Assembly (NCBI GenBank): GCA_051294375.1
Contig: CM119266.1
Coordinates: 25,185,868-25,249,867 of the forward strand
Direction: 5' to 3'
DNA from: Paraspadella gotoi
Lineage: Eukaryota > Animalia > Chaetognatha
DNA: 64,000 nt
The notes below the pieces were generated by a model. It saw only the letters and a program-made list of their open reading frames with translations, did no database searches and had not been told where the DNA came from. This document shows positions 21,589-36,200 of the stretch, piece after piece; the first letter of the stretch is position 1; each line of letters starts with the position of its first letter. The position numbers and the translations under genes were made by a program.

Positions 21589-24522
21589 CGCTACATTGCC
21601 GGGCAGACAGCGCCGAGAAGGCAGTCGCCTTGGTTTCCCCATTTCATCTAGGTCGTCGAGGTCGTTTTTACAATATGTAATTTTCATTAATTTTTACTAA
21701 TAATATAGTTATTCAATAGCGCTTTAAAAATAAAAATTTCATCTGATTATCTAGATATAATCAAAAGCAATAATCAAATAAGAAAATTAAATATTTTGCA
21801 AGAATAAAAATATATAATTATATATATACTTGCAATTAATTTTTTAAACCTTTAGCCATTTTGTAACATTTTAAAAACGCAGGAAGAATTAAAGAAAAAT
21901 GATTAATTGAAATATTATAAAATAATTGCAATAGCTATATTCTACCATATAATTGTAATTAAAAAGAGTATACACGCCCAAAAAATTTGTAACAACCACC
22001 GCAAATTAAAAGCTTCGGTTTTTTTTTTCACCAAAAAAAAAAGAATTTTCGCGTGCGTGGATACTGAACACGCAGGACCTGACAGTGGGTTATCGTTTAT
22101 ATCGTTGATTCTATAGACAATCGTGTAAGTTAATAACCCGTAGTTCCTAAGCCTAGAAATCTCCCATTTGCTTTACGTACATGCTTTTTGGTTAGCGAGA
22201 GAAAAACTACTAAAAATTGAAAATGTCCGAAATGAGTTCGCACACTAACCAATCTTTATCTTGGAACAGAAAAAAAAAAAAAAAAAATAAGCAACGAACT
22301 CGTCCGGACTGAGTTTTTCCTTCCAGTTGTTTGGAGATTCCGAAGGTGAAAATCATTTAAAATCGAATCTAACTCTCGTTAGTTCAAGACCAAAGACTAT
22401 AGAGGGAGCGAGTGGAAGCGAAGAAAACCCGAGTGGCGGAGAATGGAAGACCATCAACGCGACCCCGAGAAGATGGCGCGCGTCTCGAAATCGTCCGGGG
22501 ACTCACGGAGGGCGGGTTGGGGGAGGAGGAAGTGACGGGGGCCACGAGATGACAGTTCAATGGAATCGACGTGAAAATTGGTAGGAGATAGGATTCATTA
22601 AGCGCGGAATAAAGGAGGTTTGACACAACGTGGAGAATAAGCCCTCGCTTGGTTTTTTTATTTTTTTATTACTTTATCAATGAAATTGAAATATTTTTTA
22701 AAGAGGAACATACATTTCCTGCTCTGATTCTTGTCTTATTAATTGCGATTGTGAAATTCTAAACAATATATTATTAAAAATAACTCACAATATTAAAACA
22801 ATTTTATCCTTCTTTATAAATTTTATTCACAATAAACGGTGAATTCTGAAAAGACTTAACCTGGGTGTCTTTTAAACTTTAAAGCAATCGCAAACGCATG
22901 GGATTGAAACCATTAAGTTTCATCTTTGAAGTAATTCTGGAGCAGAATGGCACAAGTGCTCACTGCTCAAGTGACAAAACAAGTTTTTTTTTTCTTTTAT
23001 TTAAAAAAAATAGGGGGCGGATATAGGGGGGAAGAAATGGACAGGAAGGAAGAGGCATGGGGAAAGCAAAGAGTGGGATGAAAGCATTGGATGTGGGAGG
23101 GAAGCAAAAGATGGGAAGGAATCAATGGGCATGATGGAAGTAGCGAATGCTAAGGAAGATATTGAATGTCGGGGAAGAAGCAAAGGAGGGGAAGGAAGGG
23201 AAAAACGGGGATAAGCGAAGGCTCGTGACGGAAAGGAAGCAATGGATATTAAGGCAAGCGAAGCTCAAAGCAGAAGCAAGCAATGGATGTGGTGAATGGA
23301 AAAACAAAACTCAGGACGGGAAGGAAGCAATTGGACGTGGGGGGAAGCAATACTTAAGGACGGGAAGGAAGCAGTAGACGAAGGGCGACAAGCAGAGCTC
23401 GACGGCGACTTTTTTTTTTCGTGGAGGCGGAGAGCGTCGATGATCCTTGATGAGGGGTCGGGGGCGAAAGCTTGGGGGATTCGAGTGTTCGTTGAGGATG
23501 GAAACCGTCGGGGGTGAGAATGGGGGGAAAAAGGGGAACGAGTAGATCGGAGAAGAAGGAAAAAGAGGATCAGGGAAAGAAAACGATCAGAAGGATACGA
23601 AGGTCAAGAAGCTTCGACCCCGGGAGGCGTTGATGGGGTCAGGGAGTCCGAATTGCCGCCGACTAAAGGCTACACCAACGATGATGACGACCAAAACAAA
23701 AAAAAATAAAAAAAACCCAAAATATTTCCACGATTTTTTTTTGCCTGGAATCGTTGAGGGACGAAAGTTTAGGCAAGTGAGGGGGGGAAGGATTGCTTAC
23801 TGCTAAGGTTGAGTGGTAAATAAAAATAACCAAGTTCGATAAACAAAGCTGAATTTTTATGACGTCAAAACAAAATGACTTTTATTTCGAATTAAATACA
23901 TTTACTCTAAAATTAAAGGGAACGTTTATTTGTCTGATTTTCGAACAATCATCTGAATTAATTCTTACCGTTTATCCTAATATTAAGAAAAAAGGACGAC
24001 GTCACGCGGTCGTGATTCGCGACGCTAAGTAGCGAGTCTCTTATTCCTCGAACGCGTGGAAGGTCGATTCTCTCACTCACCTCACGCCCTCTCGGGGAGA
24101 GCAGGGAATTCCATCAAAATCCGGATGAAACTCGATTGACGTGAATCGAAAAGTCCGGATGTAACTTAATATCCTTTTTTCCGTTTTTCCCCCCGAAGTC
24201 AATATATATATATATAAAAAGGACCCTGAGGCGATGAGAGAAACAAGGAGGAAGAAAAGGGAGGAGAAAGAATGAGAAAGGAGGGAGAAAGGAAAAGAAA
24301 GTAATATGATAATACCTTAACGTGTGGAGAGAAAAGACGAGAGGGAAAGAAAATAAAAGGTGACCAAGTTAAGAGCCGAGAGAAAAGAAATATGGGAGGG
24401 TAGGTTTACAAAAATTTGTAACGTATTTTAAAATGGGTTATTTATATTTTCTTTCACGGGGTGATTAGGAAACCGTGGAGAGGTTAAGGGAAAGAGAGAT
24501 AAGAACGAAACGAGAGAGAGAA

Positions 24523-24580
<58 letters not shown>

Positions 24581-27500
24581 GAGAGAGGAGAGGAGCATTG
24601 ACCCCCCGAGTTACGAAATTGGAAGAACAGTAGAAGAGTAAGAACGCGTGGAGAAGAATCGCCGAGCCGGAAATGAACAAGAAGCGCGTTGCCGCCGGGA
24701 GAGGGGGAGGTAGGAAGGGGGCGTATGGTAGGGAGGGTGCAAATTGCACGGGGACGACGAATAACTAAGCTAATCAAAATCAGGCCCGGAGAGAAAAAAA
24801 AAGTGGGCCTGCTTCGATCCTGCGAGACGAAGGCACCTGCGGAGCGGCGTGAGCTCGTTTGTGATTGCTTCGCGAGGAGGGGAGAGAAAAGGAGGGGGAG
24901 ATACATGGAGCGAGAGAAGGGATGAGGGAGGAAATGGGGTGGTTAGGTTAAAAGTAGGATAAAGTTAAAAAAGATATTAAAATCCCACCGCTGCAAACTC
25001 AAAACATTGATGTACAATTCGACAATTGCATATAAGGTACAGTAATTCTCATTTAACGCTTTCTGTTTTTGTAAACTGCCTTTGTAAATTTAACAACGAA
25101 TTCTACGCGCGCCTATTCTCCATTCCACTCCCGGGCTGGTCGGGTTCCAACGCTCTCGCCAAGAAATTTCGGTGCCACAGGCCCACAACGTATTACATCA
25201 TCGCGCGGGGGCCATTTAAAAAGGCATTACGGGGCTTCCCCGTCGGTAAGGTGGCCGAAAAACAGCTTGGATCCTTCCGCCTCGTCACGAACGCGGTTGG
25301 CGTAACAAGGAGCAATGGCTGACGACGACGTCGACGACAAAGTGATGGTTACCGGGATGATGGAAGGTACGTCGCTCTTGCATACAAGTTAGTTGGTTTG
25401 AGCCAATGGATATCGTGTCGTGTATCGTAGTTTTAAAATACAAATAGGATATTTTTAAAAAATCAGAAGCTGCTAATGTTGTGTATCTGTATGTTATGCT
25501 ATGCATCTACGTCTTCATTTATATACCGATTTTTATTTTATATTTACTAACCTTCTATTCTGGCGTCGGTCAAACATGATTAATTAAATGCGACAATTTA
25601 TTGGCAATTCAATGACACATGTATGTTAACCAATGTAAACCAATGTCAACCAATTTCAAAAAGAGACAAAGACAATCCGAAACAAAAAAGATTATTGACA
25701 TATTACATATATACGTATATTATATTATATTATCTCATTAAATCATTTGTATACGTACCAATTTCCAAACAATTCTCAAACTCGAAACTCGAACTTAGAG
25801 TAGAGAGAATAACAAATTACAACATCTGACAGATCCGCATCGATTAATATCCTTCACCATTTTATCAAGGATAGAATTTATAATGAAGGAAAACCGGGAG
25901 AGGGGAAAAAAAGAAAGTGCGGAGTAATGGGTGAGTTAAGGATGAATTAGGGAAACTTGGAAGGGGATGCCTCGGGCCCCGAGTGAGGGCACCATAGTTT
26001 TCCGCTGAAATTACTTTTCGAGTTCAAGAAATCTTATTCGGGGCGATTTGGGTACAACGTTTATATTTGCATGTCACGATGCATAACACCGTTTTACAGT
26101 TTCTGTGAATAAATGGACGTCGGAAGCGGTTGTGTCTGCAGTTCCTATCGCAGTACGTTATATTCTTGTATATATGACTCCAAGACACTTGAGCATGAAA
26201 CGGTCGTTTTCTAAAAGACTCCTCTGTGCTTAGTTTGAGCTTAGTTTTTACGTAATTGGGACAATACTTAAAGTGACATTGTACAACTGTATATCCCGGA
26301 TGAAGTACCCGAGTACATTTAATTCTTGCTTTGAACCTGATCTCAATAATTGTTTTTGCTACTGTTATCGCTAGCTCTCTTTCTCTCCCTCTTTAAACCC
26401 AAGTACTACGTTAAAATTTATTACGTCAGTCGGAACCAATTCGGCTCATGTGTTGCGAGGCTTTTTAATCCTGACAATCCACAGAACAAGGCTGAGAACA
26501 GAATATTTCAAAAAGAAACTTGTCTCGCATCGAACTCAAAAAAGCTATTTACATTCGAAAATAAACAATTTACAATTAAATATTTGTTATATTGCTTCTA
26601 TCGATTTCCTAAGAGAAAAAGGACTACTATAAAATGGCGAGCAGCAAATTTGAAAACCACGAGAAACCCTTTTCGTATATATATTAAAATTAAAAAAAAC
26701 TTTATAATTATAAAGGGGTACAAGAGAGGAAAGCGCAACAGAGATTAGAGGAGACTCCGTTTTCTGCCGAGACGAAAATAGGATTAGTTTGAGTTTTGAG
26801 ACTTTTGACTTCTGTATTGGGTTGTTGACTGTTGAGAGTTCACACAGATCCTCCCTTCATTTCGATCCCCAATTTGCATTTCCTCTACTTCTCTCTTCTT
26901 CGCCATATTTTTTCCTTTTCGAGAAAAAAAATTCTGTTTTTTGAGATAAATCTTTTTTTTCGAAGATTATCTGATACCCGCCGTTCGCGTTTCTTCTTTT
27001 ATTAGTTTTTTTAGCAATACAAGCGAGCTTCCATTTTTATACTGAATTGGTTTTTGTACCAATAATTATAAAGCGATATTTCACGCGACACAATGGAAGA
27101 AAGCATTTCCAACATGGTGGATGGTTTGCTGCTGGAAAGCCAGCCCGTCGTGCCCCCTACGTCTCGGTAAAATTTAGGTTCAGTGTCATTTAGTTTTTAT
27201 GAGACACGGTTCAAACTTTTTTTCATTAATCAGTTCGCTACGGAGTGGACACACCGACCCAGTCACCCTCGATGTCCTCGTCGAGCGTCGAGGCTGACAA
27301 TCGATTGACCGTGCCGTCGCCTTCCTTTGGGCCGGACCCGTCTCAGTGCGGCGGACGAAACTCGAGTTTCACGCCAGGTCACCACGCCGCGAGTCAGGTA
27401 GAAAAAAAATATTCAATTTTCAATTGTTTAGAATTTTATATAAATATTTTATACTTATGATTGTAGGATTTACTAAATCACCTCAATAATGTCCTTATTT

Positions 27501-30107
27501 CAATTCCGAACGCCCCGCCGACGCCAACTTCTCCCGTTCGATCATACTCGGAATCGGTCGCCGCAGAAAAAGACAAATTCAATCAGAATCGCGCCGAAAT
27601 TTTCCAGGTAAATTTAGTAGTTGACTGTCATAATTAACCGAAGAGATGCAATCGTCTTAACGTATTCCTATTACTGTTAATTGCATCGTAATATGAAATG
27701 ATTGTATTTATGAATGACTTGGTTTTTGATCCACCATTGCGGCATTTCGTTGTTTGGTTAGATTCGATCCCGTACAGACTCCATTTGGTGAGGACATTGT
27801 CTGTGACCTGGAGTCGGACGAGGGTCCAGATACTTCCGCCCTCGCTGCTCAATTAATGCGTCATCAAGAGCAGCAACAGCAACAAAAGGTCTCAGTTTCA
27901 AACCTCGCCAGCTAACACGGAAATTCACAGATTCCGAGTTGTTTCGTTGAAAATCCACCCGCCAACTTTGAAGTACCTGCCAACACTGAAACTGAAGGTA
28001 TATTTTTATAATTAATTTGACCTAATTCTCCTTTATCTTTGCCTTCGTATTTCGACGTAGATCCACCATTCTTACACATTCTCACTCATAATCCTGAATA
28101 AAAAATCATTCAATTTTTCGATCTCTTCCGTTATTGTGTCCGTTCAGGATCTTCTTTGGTGGATGGCCTCAACAAAACTGGCTCTGAGTCAAAAGCTCGG
28201 CGCCTCTTTTGGCTCCGAAAACGAAGATGCTTTTCCGTCCAAAATTTTTCGCCGATGACTCCCCTCTAGATGGTTTCCTTCGGCCGGGTCTCTCCGCCGA
28301 CGCCGATCTCGCTTTCGTCGACGCCATCCTTTGGCGCGAACAGCTCGTCGCGCCTGCTAGTGGCTCCTTGGGAACTCCCAAGTCGGCCGGATTTGACTCG
28401 AAAACAGATCGTCGAACCACCGGACGTTTTTTTCGACGCCCTATTCAAGGTGATCATGAAAAATGAATGAAAAATTTACCTTCAATTTAGAATTAATCAA
28501 GTCTAACCCTTAATTTTTTTTATTTACTGCAATTAGAAATCCATTATCTAACCCTTTTTCTTCCCGCTCTTATATTAGCTGCATCGCCGAGAAGAAAGAC
28601 GCTCAGGAAACGTGCATGAGTCTTTCGGCGATATTCGAAGTCGAGAATGAGTCGAGTCAGCCGAGCGTTTCGAGGTTTCGTCCCAACGCTATGAGAGTTT
28701 AAACCTCAATCCTGCGGTAATCGGACCCTCATTCCGTCCGGCACTCCAGCTCCCTTTTCTGCGCCCTTTCGTCCGGTTTCCCTCGATGCTTCGCAAGTCA
28801 ATCTTAATGTCCAGCAGTCTAATTTTGGAGATTCCTTAAGAAGTTCTTTCGGTTTCGACCGCCGTCACCATTGGAGAAGAAGCTGCTCCTCGGTAACGGA
28901 TTATGAGAGACCGCCCCAAGAATGCACGCGATCCGCGCCGCTTATCTGCTAGAAAGAGAACGAGAGAAAATCCACGAATTATCCGCCAACGCCTTGGAGC
29001 AAATGCGTCAGGCTTACGTGACAACCCACGATCCAGGATACTCGAAGCGAGCCTCCGTCAGCAGCTCTCGCAACGACTCTCGCTCTTGGAGAGCAGCGGC
29101 GAAAGTTTCGCTTCGAGCGGCGTTCATTTCCGATTCTTCGGGAGATTTTGTCGCAAACTCTGTAATTTTTGTTGAGAAGCAATTGCAGAAAATACCCGGG
29201 CCGTGTCCTGTTTCAACAAGTGCCGTGTCTGCCACAGATACGGCTTCGACGCAGGCGGACGACGTATTCCAACGCCTATTAAAGCAAATTCCCTTGCACG
29301 ATTCTCAGCTGCCGCCGCGCCGCCCATTTATGCGCAAATCCTCCACCGACCGCCAGTCAACTCACGTCTCTGTTACGGCAGCGTATTATGCCGCCGTCGC
29401 CGCTGACGCTTAATCCAGCAGGCGCCGGTTTCGCAGATGGATTTGCAGCCGCCGCGGGCAGCATTATCTCCGGCTCTACCGGCTGGTTTTTTCGACAATG
29501 CGGTGGCGCGCCGAGCTTTGAACGGCTCACATTCTGCTCTTAGCCCTTTAGGCGGGCACATTTCTCCCGGTTACCGCCAATATTCTGCGTCTCCACAAAG
29601 TCCTTACGCTTTTCCATCTTCGGGACTAGGTTCATCCTTCTCTGGAGACGCAACGTCACTCAGCGCTGGTCTAGAATGGCCGCAAAGTCCGAACGAACTG
29701 TTCGGAACATCTCCTGATGATCCTTACTCTATCGAACGCGCGGCCAGGCTTTACAGGAGCGCTGCAACCATCTGCGAAGCCACCTGCACTTGGAGCGGTA
29801 GCCTCCCGCCGAAGATATACCGAAATCCGATTTATTCGTTGCAAAGTGTTCATTGGAGGAGTTCCCTGGGACATCACGGAGATCGGTTTGCTCAACACTT
29901 TCAAATGTTACGGAAATTTAAGAATCGAATGGCCTGGAAAAGACGGAAAACATCCTAAGTATCCGCCGAAGGTGAGTTAAACCGCGGTCAAATGGCGATA
30001 AAAAGTCTTTTTATATTGTAGCTTTTTTATTATTTTTTTTGTGTCGATTTCTTATATACTGGCTGGACCGAAGGGATACGTCTACATTCTTTTCGACTGC
30101 GAGAAGT
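21589..30107 (+). repeat. 8.5-kb inverted copy of 12954-21475, including a frameshifted 5' CPEB1 copy (~27093-30107); probable assembly artefact
   Basis: Reverse-complement match centred on the 25-N gap at 21476-21500. Differences are mostly 1-nt indels. The copy stops abruptly within an RRM1 exon. Confidence 0.92.
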
Positions 30108-30339
30108 ACTCCGCGCCCGATATTTGTTAAATGTTGAATCTATAGAATATATGTTTTAAAAGATTATCGGGTAACTTTACGATTCAACGTCCGCAACCAA
30201 CTTTAGGTACAAGCGGTCGGTTCTTTGTTAATCCATTTAATTTTGTTTTCCCTCTAGCGTCGAGTCTTAGTTTGCACAGTAATATACATTTTTTAAATTT
30301 TATAATAAATAATAATTGTTTTAAATTTATTTTAATTGA

Positions 30340-30715
30340 TATTTTTATGTTTGAGGTAAAAAATGAATTGTTTGTTGATGTATGAGTTATATTAAGAAAC
30401 AAATTTTGGACTTCAATGTAAGCCTTCATCAGCGCAAAAACGAATTGACTTGTGAAACATATTTTTACAGACTCTCTTCAAACTTTGTGAAAATATTTGT
30501 ATCACAAATCAATTTGTTTTTGCGCTTAAAAAGGGATTGACTTGTGAAACATATTTTTACAGACTCTCTTCAAACTTTGTGAAAATATTTGTTTCACAAA
30601 TCAATTCGTTTTTGCGCTTATGAATGCTTACATTGAATTTGAAGCCGGAATATGTCCGAAATTTATATTTCTAAATCAAACTCGTACATAAACAATTCAT
30701 TTTTTACCTTAAACA
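30340..30715. mobile_element. Fold-back/MITE-like element with a duplicated palindromic core
   Basis: Inverted arms AGGTAAAAAATGAATTGTT / AACAATTCATTTTTTACCT and TTCAATGTAAGC..GCGCAAAAACGAATTGA / TCAATTCGTTTTTGCGC..GCTTACATTGAA. A central ~92-bp unit occurs twice (~30444-30620). Confidence 0.7.
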
Positions 30716-30899
30716 AATAACCAAAATTTAAAAAAAATAGATAATATTTTTATGTTATATTTTTTAAATGGTAAGCAATTAGGTTAGGGGTGGTTAGGGT
30801 TAGGGATTAGTAATTAATAATAACAAAGTTATTTGTGATATAAAGATTTTTTACCCTTAGCAGTGTCATTTATTTTTGCGTAATGAGATTTCTATACGT

Positions 30900-32317
30900 C
30901 GCCTATAAGAAGCGAAAAACAAATAACCGACCGCAAAATCCCGGTCGGCGAATGTAAAAATAAGCCAGATTATCGATATCCTCATTAAGGAAATTATTCT
31001 CTCGAATTATCGAGTTAAACGCAAAACCGAACGATAAATTATAGGAGTATATATATNNNNNNNNNNNNNNNNNNNNNNNNNNNNNNNNNNNNNNNNNNNN
31101 NNNNNNNNNNNNNNNNNNNNNNNNNNNNNNNNNNNNNNNNNNNNNNNNNNNNNNNNNNNNNNNNNNNNNNNNNNNNNNNNNNNNNNNNNNNNNNNNNNNN
31201 NNNNNNNNNNNNNNNNNNNNNNNNNNNNNNNNNNNNNNNNNNNNNNNNNNNNNNNNNNNNNNNNNNNNNNGACCAGCCGCGTCCATCGCCTCGGGAATCT
31301 CATAAACGATTATCACCGTAATTCTTCATAGGCGATTCTGTCGCTGCAGCGTGCGACGTCGCCGGCTTTAGCGAAGGTGCACGCGCGGTTGCGTGAGCGA
31401 TCGCGTGCGCAGTCGCGTGTGCGTCAGCATGCCCAGCCGCGTGCGACGTACGGTCTCGGCGCGCCATTTAATTAATCATGGTCGACCGACGCGAGAATAG
31501 AAGGTTAGTAAATATAAAAATAAGAAATCGGTGTATAAATGAAGATGTAGATGCATAGCATAGCATACAGATACACAACATTAGCAGCTTCTGATTTGCC
31601 CCTGAATTTTGTTTTCCCCTTTCAACGCCCACCCTTCTCTTTCTCCTCTCAAAACATCATCCAAAAACAATTTATTTTTTCTAGTTTTTTTTTTCTCGGA
31701 TGGCGAGCAAAATATCCAAAATATCTCACTCAATCTGCATACAAGATGCATCGTTTGACTTTCTACTTTCTACAACCACTTCATCGAAGAGCCACAGGGG
31801 GTTTTCTTGGTCAATGGTAAAATGCCGAGCCACAGTTACAAAAGAACAAAAAAAAAGCTCTCACCACTCTGACCACACATTGCGGTAGAATTAAAAATAA
31901 AAGAAACAATTAGACAGTTAAAACGATAAAAAGATATAAAGATAAAACGATAAAACGATAAAAGAAATAAAGTAGAAATAAAGTTAACAAAAGAAAAACT
32001 TTAGTCAAATTTACGTATACAGGGTTGATATTAAATTTGTGCAACCTTTATGAAAATTATCAATTCATTTAAATTGGTGTAATTATTTAACAGAGTAGTA
32101 TTTATCATTATTATTATCTCATCTTTTCTACCACGTCCCACTTTTTTCTATTCTTCCCCGCTCTCCCATAACTCTAACCATTGGCCCCCAGCGTCCGGGC
32201 GTTTTGTCGCGACGACAGTCATTTACGGCGCGCGCGGCGGGGTGATGCCACGCCCATTTCAGGTTGCCTCACTCGAGTGAGCGCGCGGGGACGATGACGA
32301 GAACGCGAGAGAACGCT

Positions 32318-32358
<41 letters not shown>

Positions 32359-32480
32359 TCTCTCTTTCTCTCTCTCTTTTTTCCGATTAATCCATTATCG
32401 ATGGAGCCCTCTTCTCTCTCTCATCTCTCTCTCTCTCCTCTCTTCTTCTTCTTCGGTCTCTCATCTCTCTCTTCTATTTC
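30900..32480 (+). repeat. Direct duplicate of ~48130-49700 (low-accuracy or allelic copy)
   Basis: Colinear matches on both sides of the 31057-31270 gap, with many indels. Confidence 0.8.
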
Positions 32481-33265
32481 TCTTCTGTCTATTTAGTATT
32501 GTTCATAAGCCTCAGCACTAGAATTTCCCTGAACTCAGAACGCCCATGTTGATAACAGTGATGTAGTTGTAGCGCAGCGTTAAGAAACGCTTCAGTAACA
32601 GTAATAAACATAACAACATATTTCTGGGGGATGAGGCATCGTTCTAAAAACTCATTTGTTTTTAAAAATTTTGGTAGCCGTGTCGATAGACAATTGCAAC
32701 ATTATCTAACATGCATAATGTATCATAAATGCAGAACACATCCGGTATTAAAAGTAATCGGCCAAAAAGCAATCCAAAACATCGGCTTTCCACACGCATC
32801 ACAATGTGCTTCGCTTAAAAATCGAGCTGGAGTTTTGATCTAACAAAGGATTAGTAACTATGGCGTAGTAACTAGCCTTTAGAACCATGCGGCAAGTGAG
32901 ATCTGGGCCTGAATTTTTTCAGAAAAATCCCGGTTCAAGTTAAAAATATTTTTTTAATGATATATTGTTAAAAAATAATTTTTTACAAAATTTATTTTAA
33001 ATATTAAAATAAATTAAAAGTAATTTGTATAATTTAATAAATAAAAATTATTTTATAATTAAATAATAATTACTCTCATCAGATATATAATAATATAAAA
33101 TAATAATAATATCATAATAATAATTATAATAATATAATAATAATAAGTATTATAATTAAAAATAAGAAAAATAAAATATTTATATTTATTTAATATTATT
33201 ATTTATTATTATTATTAATTAATATTATTATTTTAAAATANNNNNNNNNNNNNNNNNNNNNNNNN

Positions 33266-36200
33266 GTTAACAAAAAGTGAGCAGAAAAAACACTGCCCAC
33301 TAAATATATGAGTTTCAAAAAGCCCAAAATAATGTTCGCGACTGAAAAATCTGCTACAAATAAATACTTATGTATAAAACGCCGGAAAATAAATGAGCGA
33401 AGGGAGAATCAAGGGGGGGGGGGAGAAAAAAACATTTTGCATTAAATCCCATAAAACCCCCCAATTTTAAAAACTCGTAAAAAAATTTCAACTTGAAACG
33501 GATAGCTAAAACGGGCATTTAATATTGCGTCCGGAATAATCACGCTTCTTCTTGATTAAAAAATCAACGCGCAAGAGTAAATTCTTCAAATGCGGGGAAT
33601 ATTAAAAACTACCATTCCTCACTCCTGAAAACAGTTGCGGACGCATTATTTTGCGATAATAAAAAAAGGAAGTCTAATTTCTGGAAACGGGACCGTTGAA
33701 ATTCGGGGCGCGGAACTGCCGCCAAAAAGATTGTGGATGCCGCTTCGGGCGGATCACGAGTGGAGCACGGCAGCGGAGGGCGACCCACGCAAATTGCGGG
33801 GAAAAAGACGACATGGGAATCTAGACCAACGCCGGTGGACGCCGCATCCGAAGCGTCATTGGCCCCGGCGAAGTCACCGGAAATGCCGCCAATCTGAAAT
33901 ATGTTAGCATTTAAGGTATTCGTTTAGCCTATCCAACCAAAAAAAATCCGCGTTTTGTTTCCTTGAAATTTTGTTCCCTTTCTCATAAGCCCTCTTCCTC
34001 CCAGATTCGAGAGGTTAAGACTAAATTCGCTTTCTCTCGCGATAAAAAACATCTCGAGTGAGCACAAGAATTGGAAACTTAGGCATAGTTTGGCCCCGCC
34101 GCACAAATTCGGAATCGAAGACGTAAGCTAAATAAAAAGCTTCCCTGGGGGCTGCAGAGAAAATCGCAGTTCCATCTGCGCTCTATAAACAAAGGAGCGT
34201 GAAGTGCGGGGAAGGAGGTAGACGGTGGTGACGCGAGGTAGTGGAGAAGGATGAGGCGCAGATGTAGACGGACACTCGGACAATAACCAAAATCGCGAAC
34301 CGATGGAACAAGAAGGGAAATCCAAGCTTTTATTTAAAACCCTTGGTTTTTATGTTGAATTCTCTCCCTACCGCCACTTTCTTCTCCTTACATTCTTGGT
34401 GCTGAACCCCCGCGGGAAAGCGACCGGAAGGACGGCGCAAATCCCCTAAAGTGACGCCCATTTCCCGTCACCGCCCGTCATCGCAGCTGCCTCTCGCTAA
34501 ACAGCGCGCGCCAAGTTTGAGGATCGTCTCCGACGCCGAAAACCGTCTGGCGTCGAAGGTGGAGGCGATGCAGAGAAAGCGGCGGGGCGCGCGTTAGTAA
34601 TGTTTCGTATTCTCGGAATTGTAGAAATGCAAAAAAAGAAAAGACTAGCGCAAACAAAGCGATGAGAAAGACGGGGAAAAATCTGCTTAATGCGAGAACC
34701 ATCCCAATACGTTGTATAAAGAGTCGTATGAGGAAAGTCGAAGTCGATATGACCGCGTTCAATTCCTTCGTATTTTTCTACATATTTTAATGTGTGAAAT
34801 ATTTTTATTAATAAAACAATATTTTAGTGCCAGTACCTTAAGATATCTAGTTCAAATCATCCTCCCTCCGTGCTTAAGAAATACCTGCGTCTACACTTTT
34901 TTGGAACCTCCATATTATACGTTAACATGTTCGTGAGTTTTCTGCGCACAGGGCGTTGGAACTAGGATTTTCGTAATTAGAAATTGGATGGGTAATACCG
35001 TGCTCAATCCCAGTGTATCCGCTAGAGTAAATGCTTGTCGGCCGTTGCGCGGTATCCGGAGTAGGAATGGACAGAATCGTCCAGTGGTCTTCCATTTCTA
35101 GATATACGTGATTGCGTGGAAAATGTAGGACATACCTGAGCCGGCACGCGTCACAAATATTTATAAGCTATTGCTTTCAACAAATTATTAAAAAGGTCTT
35201 ACCGGCCCAATAAGTGGCCCCAAAGTACCCGGCGGCGAGGCCTCCGAAGGCGGCAGCCGATACCGAAACCCGCCGAATGAGATTCCTGGATCCTCATCAA
35301 ACGTTTTGATGCGCGAAACTTTCATTGCGAATGCTCGGAAGCTCCAACACGGGTCTAAAAATTTGAGAATTTAAAATCAATATGTTCTCATTCGCTATCA
35401 CCGTAACGGTTGAGGCTGCTTTCTTTCTTTCTAACTCCAAAAACCTGGCGAATAATATTTTGAAGCACTGCAAATCCCGGCAAAAAGTATTCAGGGCCTC
35501 CGAGACAAAGGCAACAAGGGAATCTTCTAGTAAGGATCCAACACTAAAAAAAAGGGTAGCTCACGCCATGCGGCTAAAAAATCTTTAAAGGCATAAAGAT
35601 TTCGTTAAATCGCATATAAAAAATATTAAAAAAATTGGAACCCATTGACAAACTTTGATACTCAAAAAAATCAAAATCTTGATAAAGGAAAACTAAGGTT
35701 TTACTACCATAACATACTTGCTTTAATATATATAAAAAAACAAAGAATGAATAAAAATAAAATTGTTAACAAACCAAAATAAAATGAAAAGAATTCAATT
35801 AAAAATGAATTGGAATTGAATTTTATTTAATTCAAATAGAATGAAAAATTAAATAAATAAATAAATAAAAGTTATAAAACTGAATTAATTTATATAATTA
35901 TTAATCTCTACTCTTCGCGAAAATATACCATATTCCCTCTATTTTCTTCACGCCCCCTTCACCCCTCAAAAAGTTTTTGATTCTAACTATTTATAAGCAA
36001 TTAGGAAATCTTAATAAAATAATTTAAAAAGTTATTTTTAAAATTTATATTTTATACGGATATTACTAAAAATTAATGTAATTAATGATACTGCTTCCCC
36101 CCAAACAATATAAGCAAAATATTTTTTGTACTCCTTGATCATTAAGCCGTAGTTAAAATTTCTGAAATTTAACTTTAATTAAATTCTAAAAGGAGTAAGA

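Noticed and set aside
30782-30810. Telomeric repeat
   Set aside because: Only 2-3 imperfect TTAGGG units.
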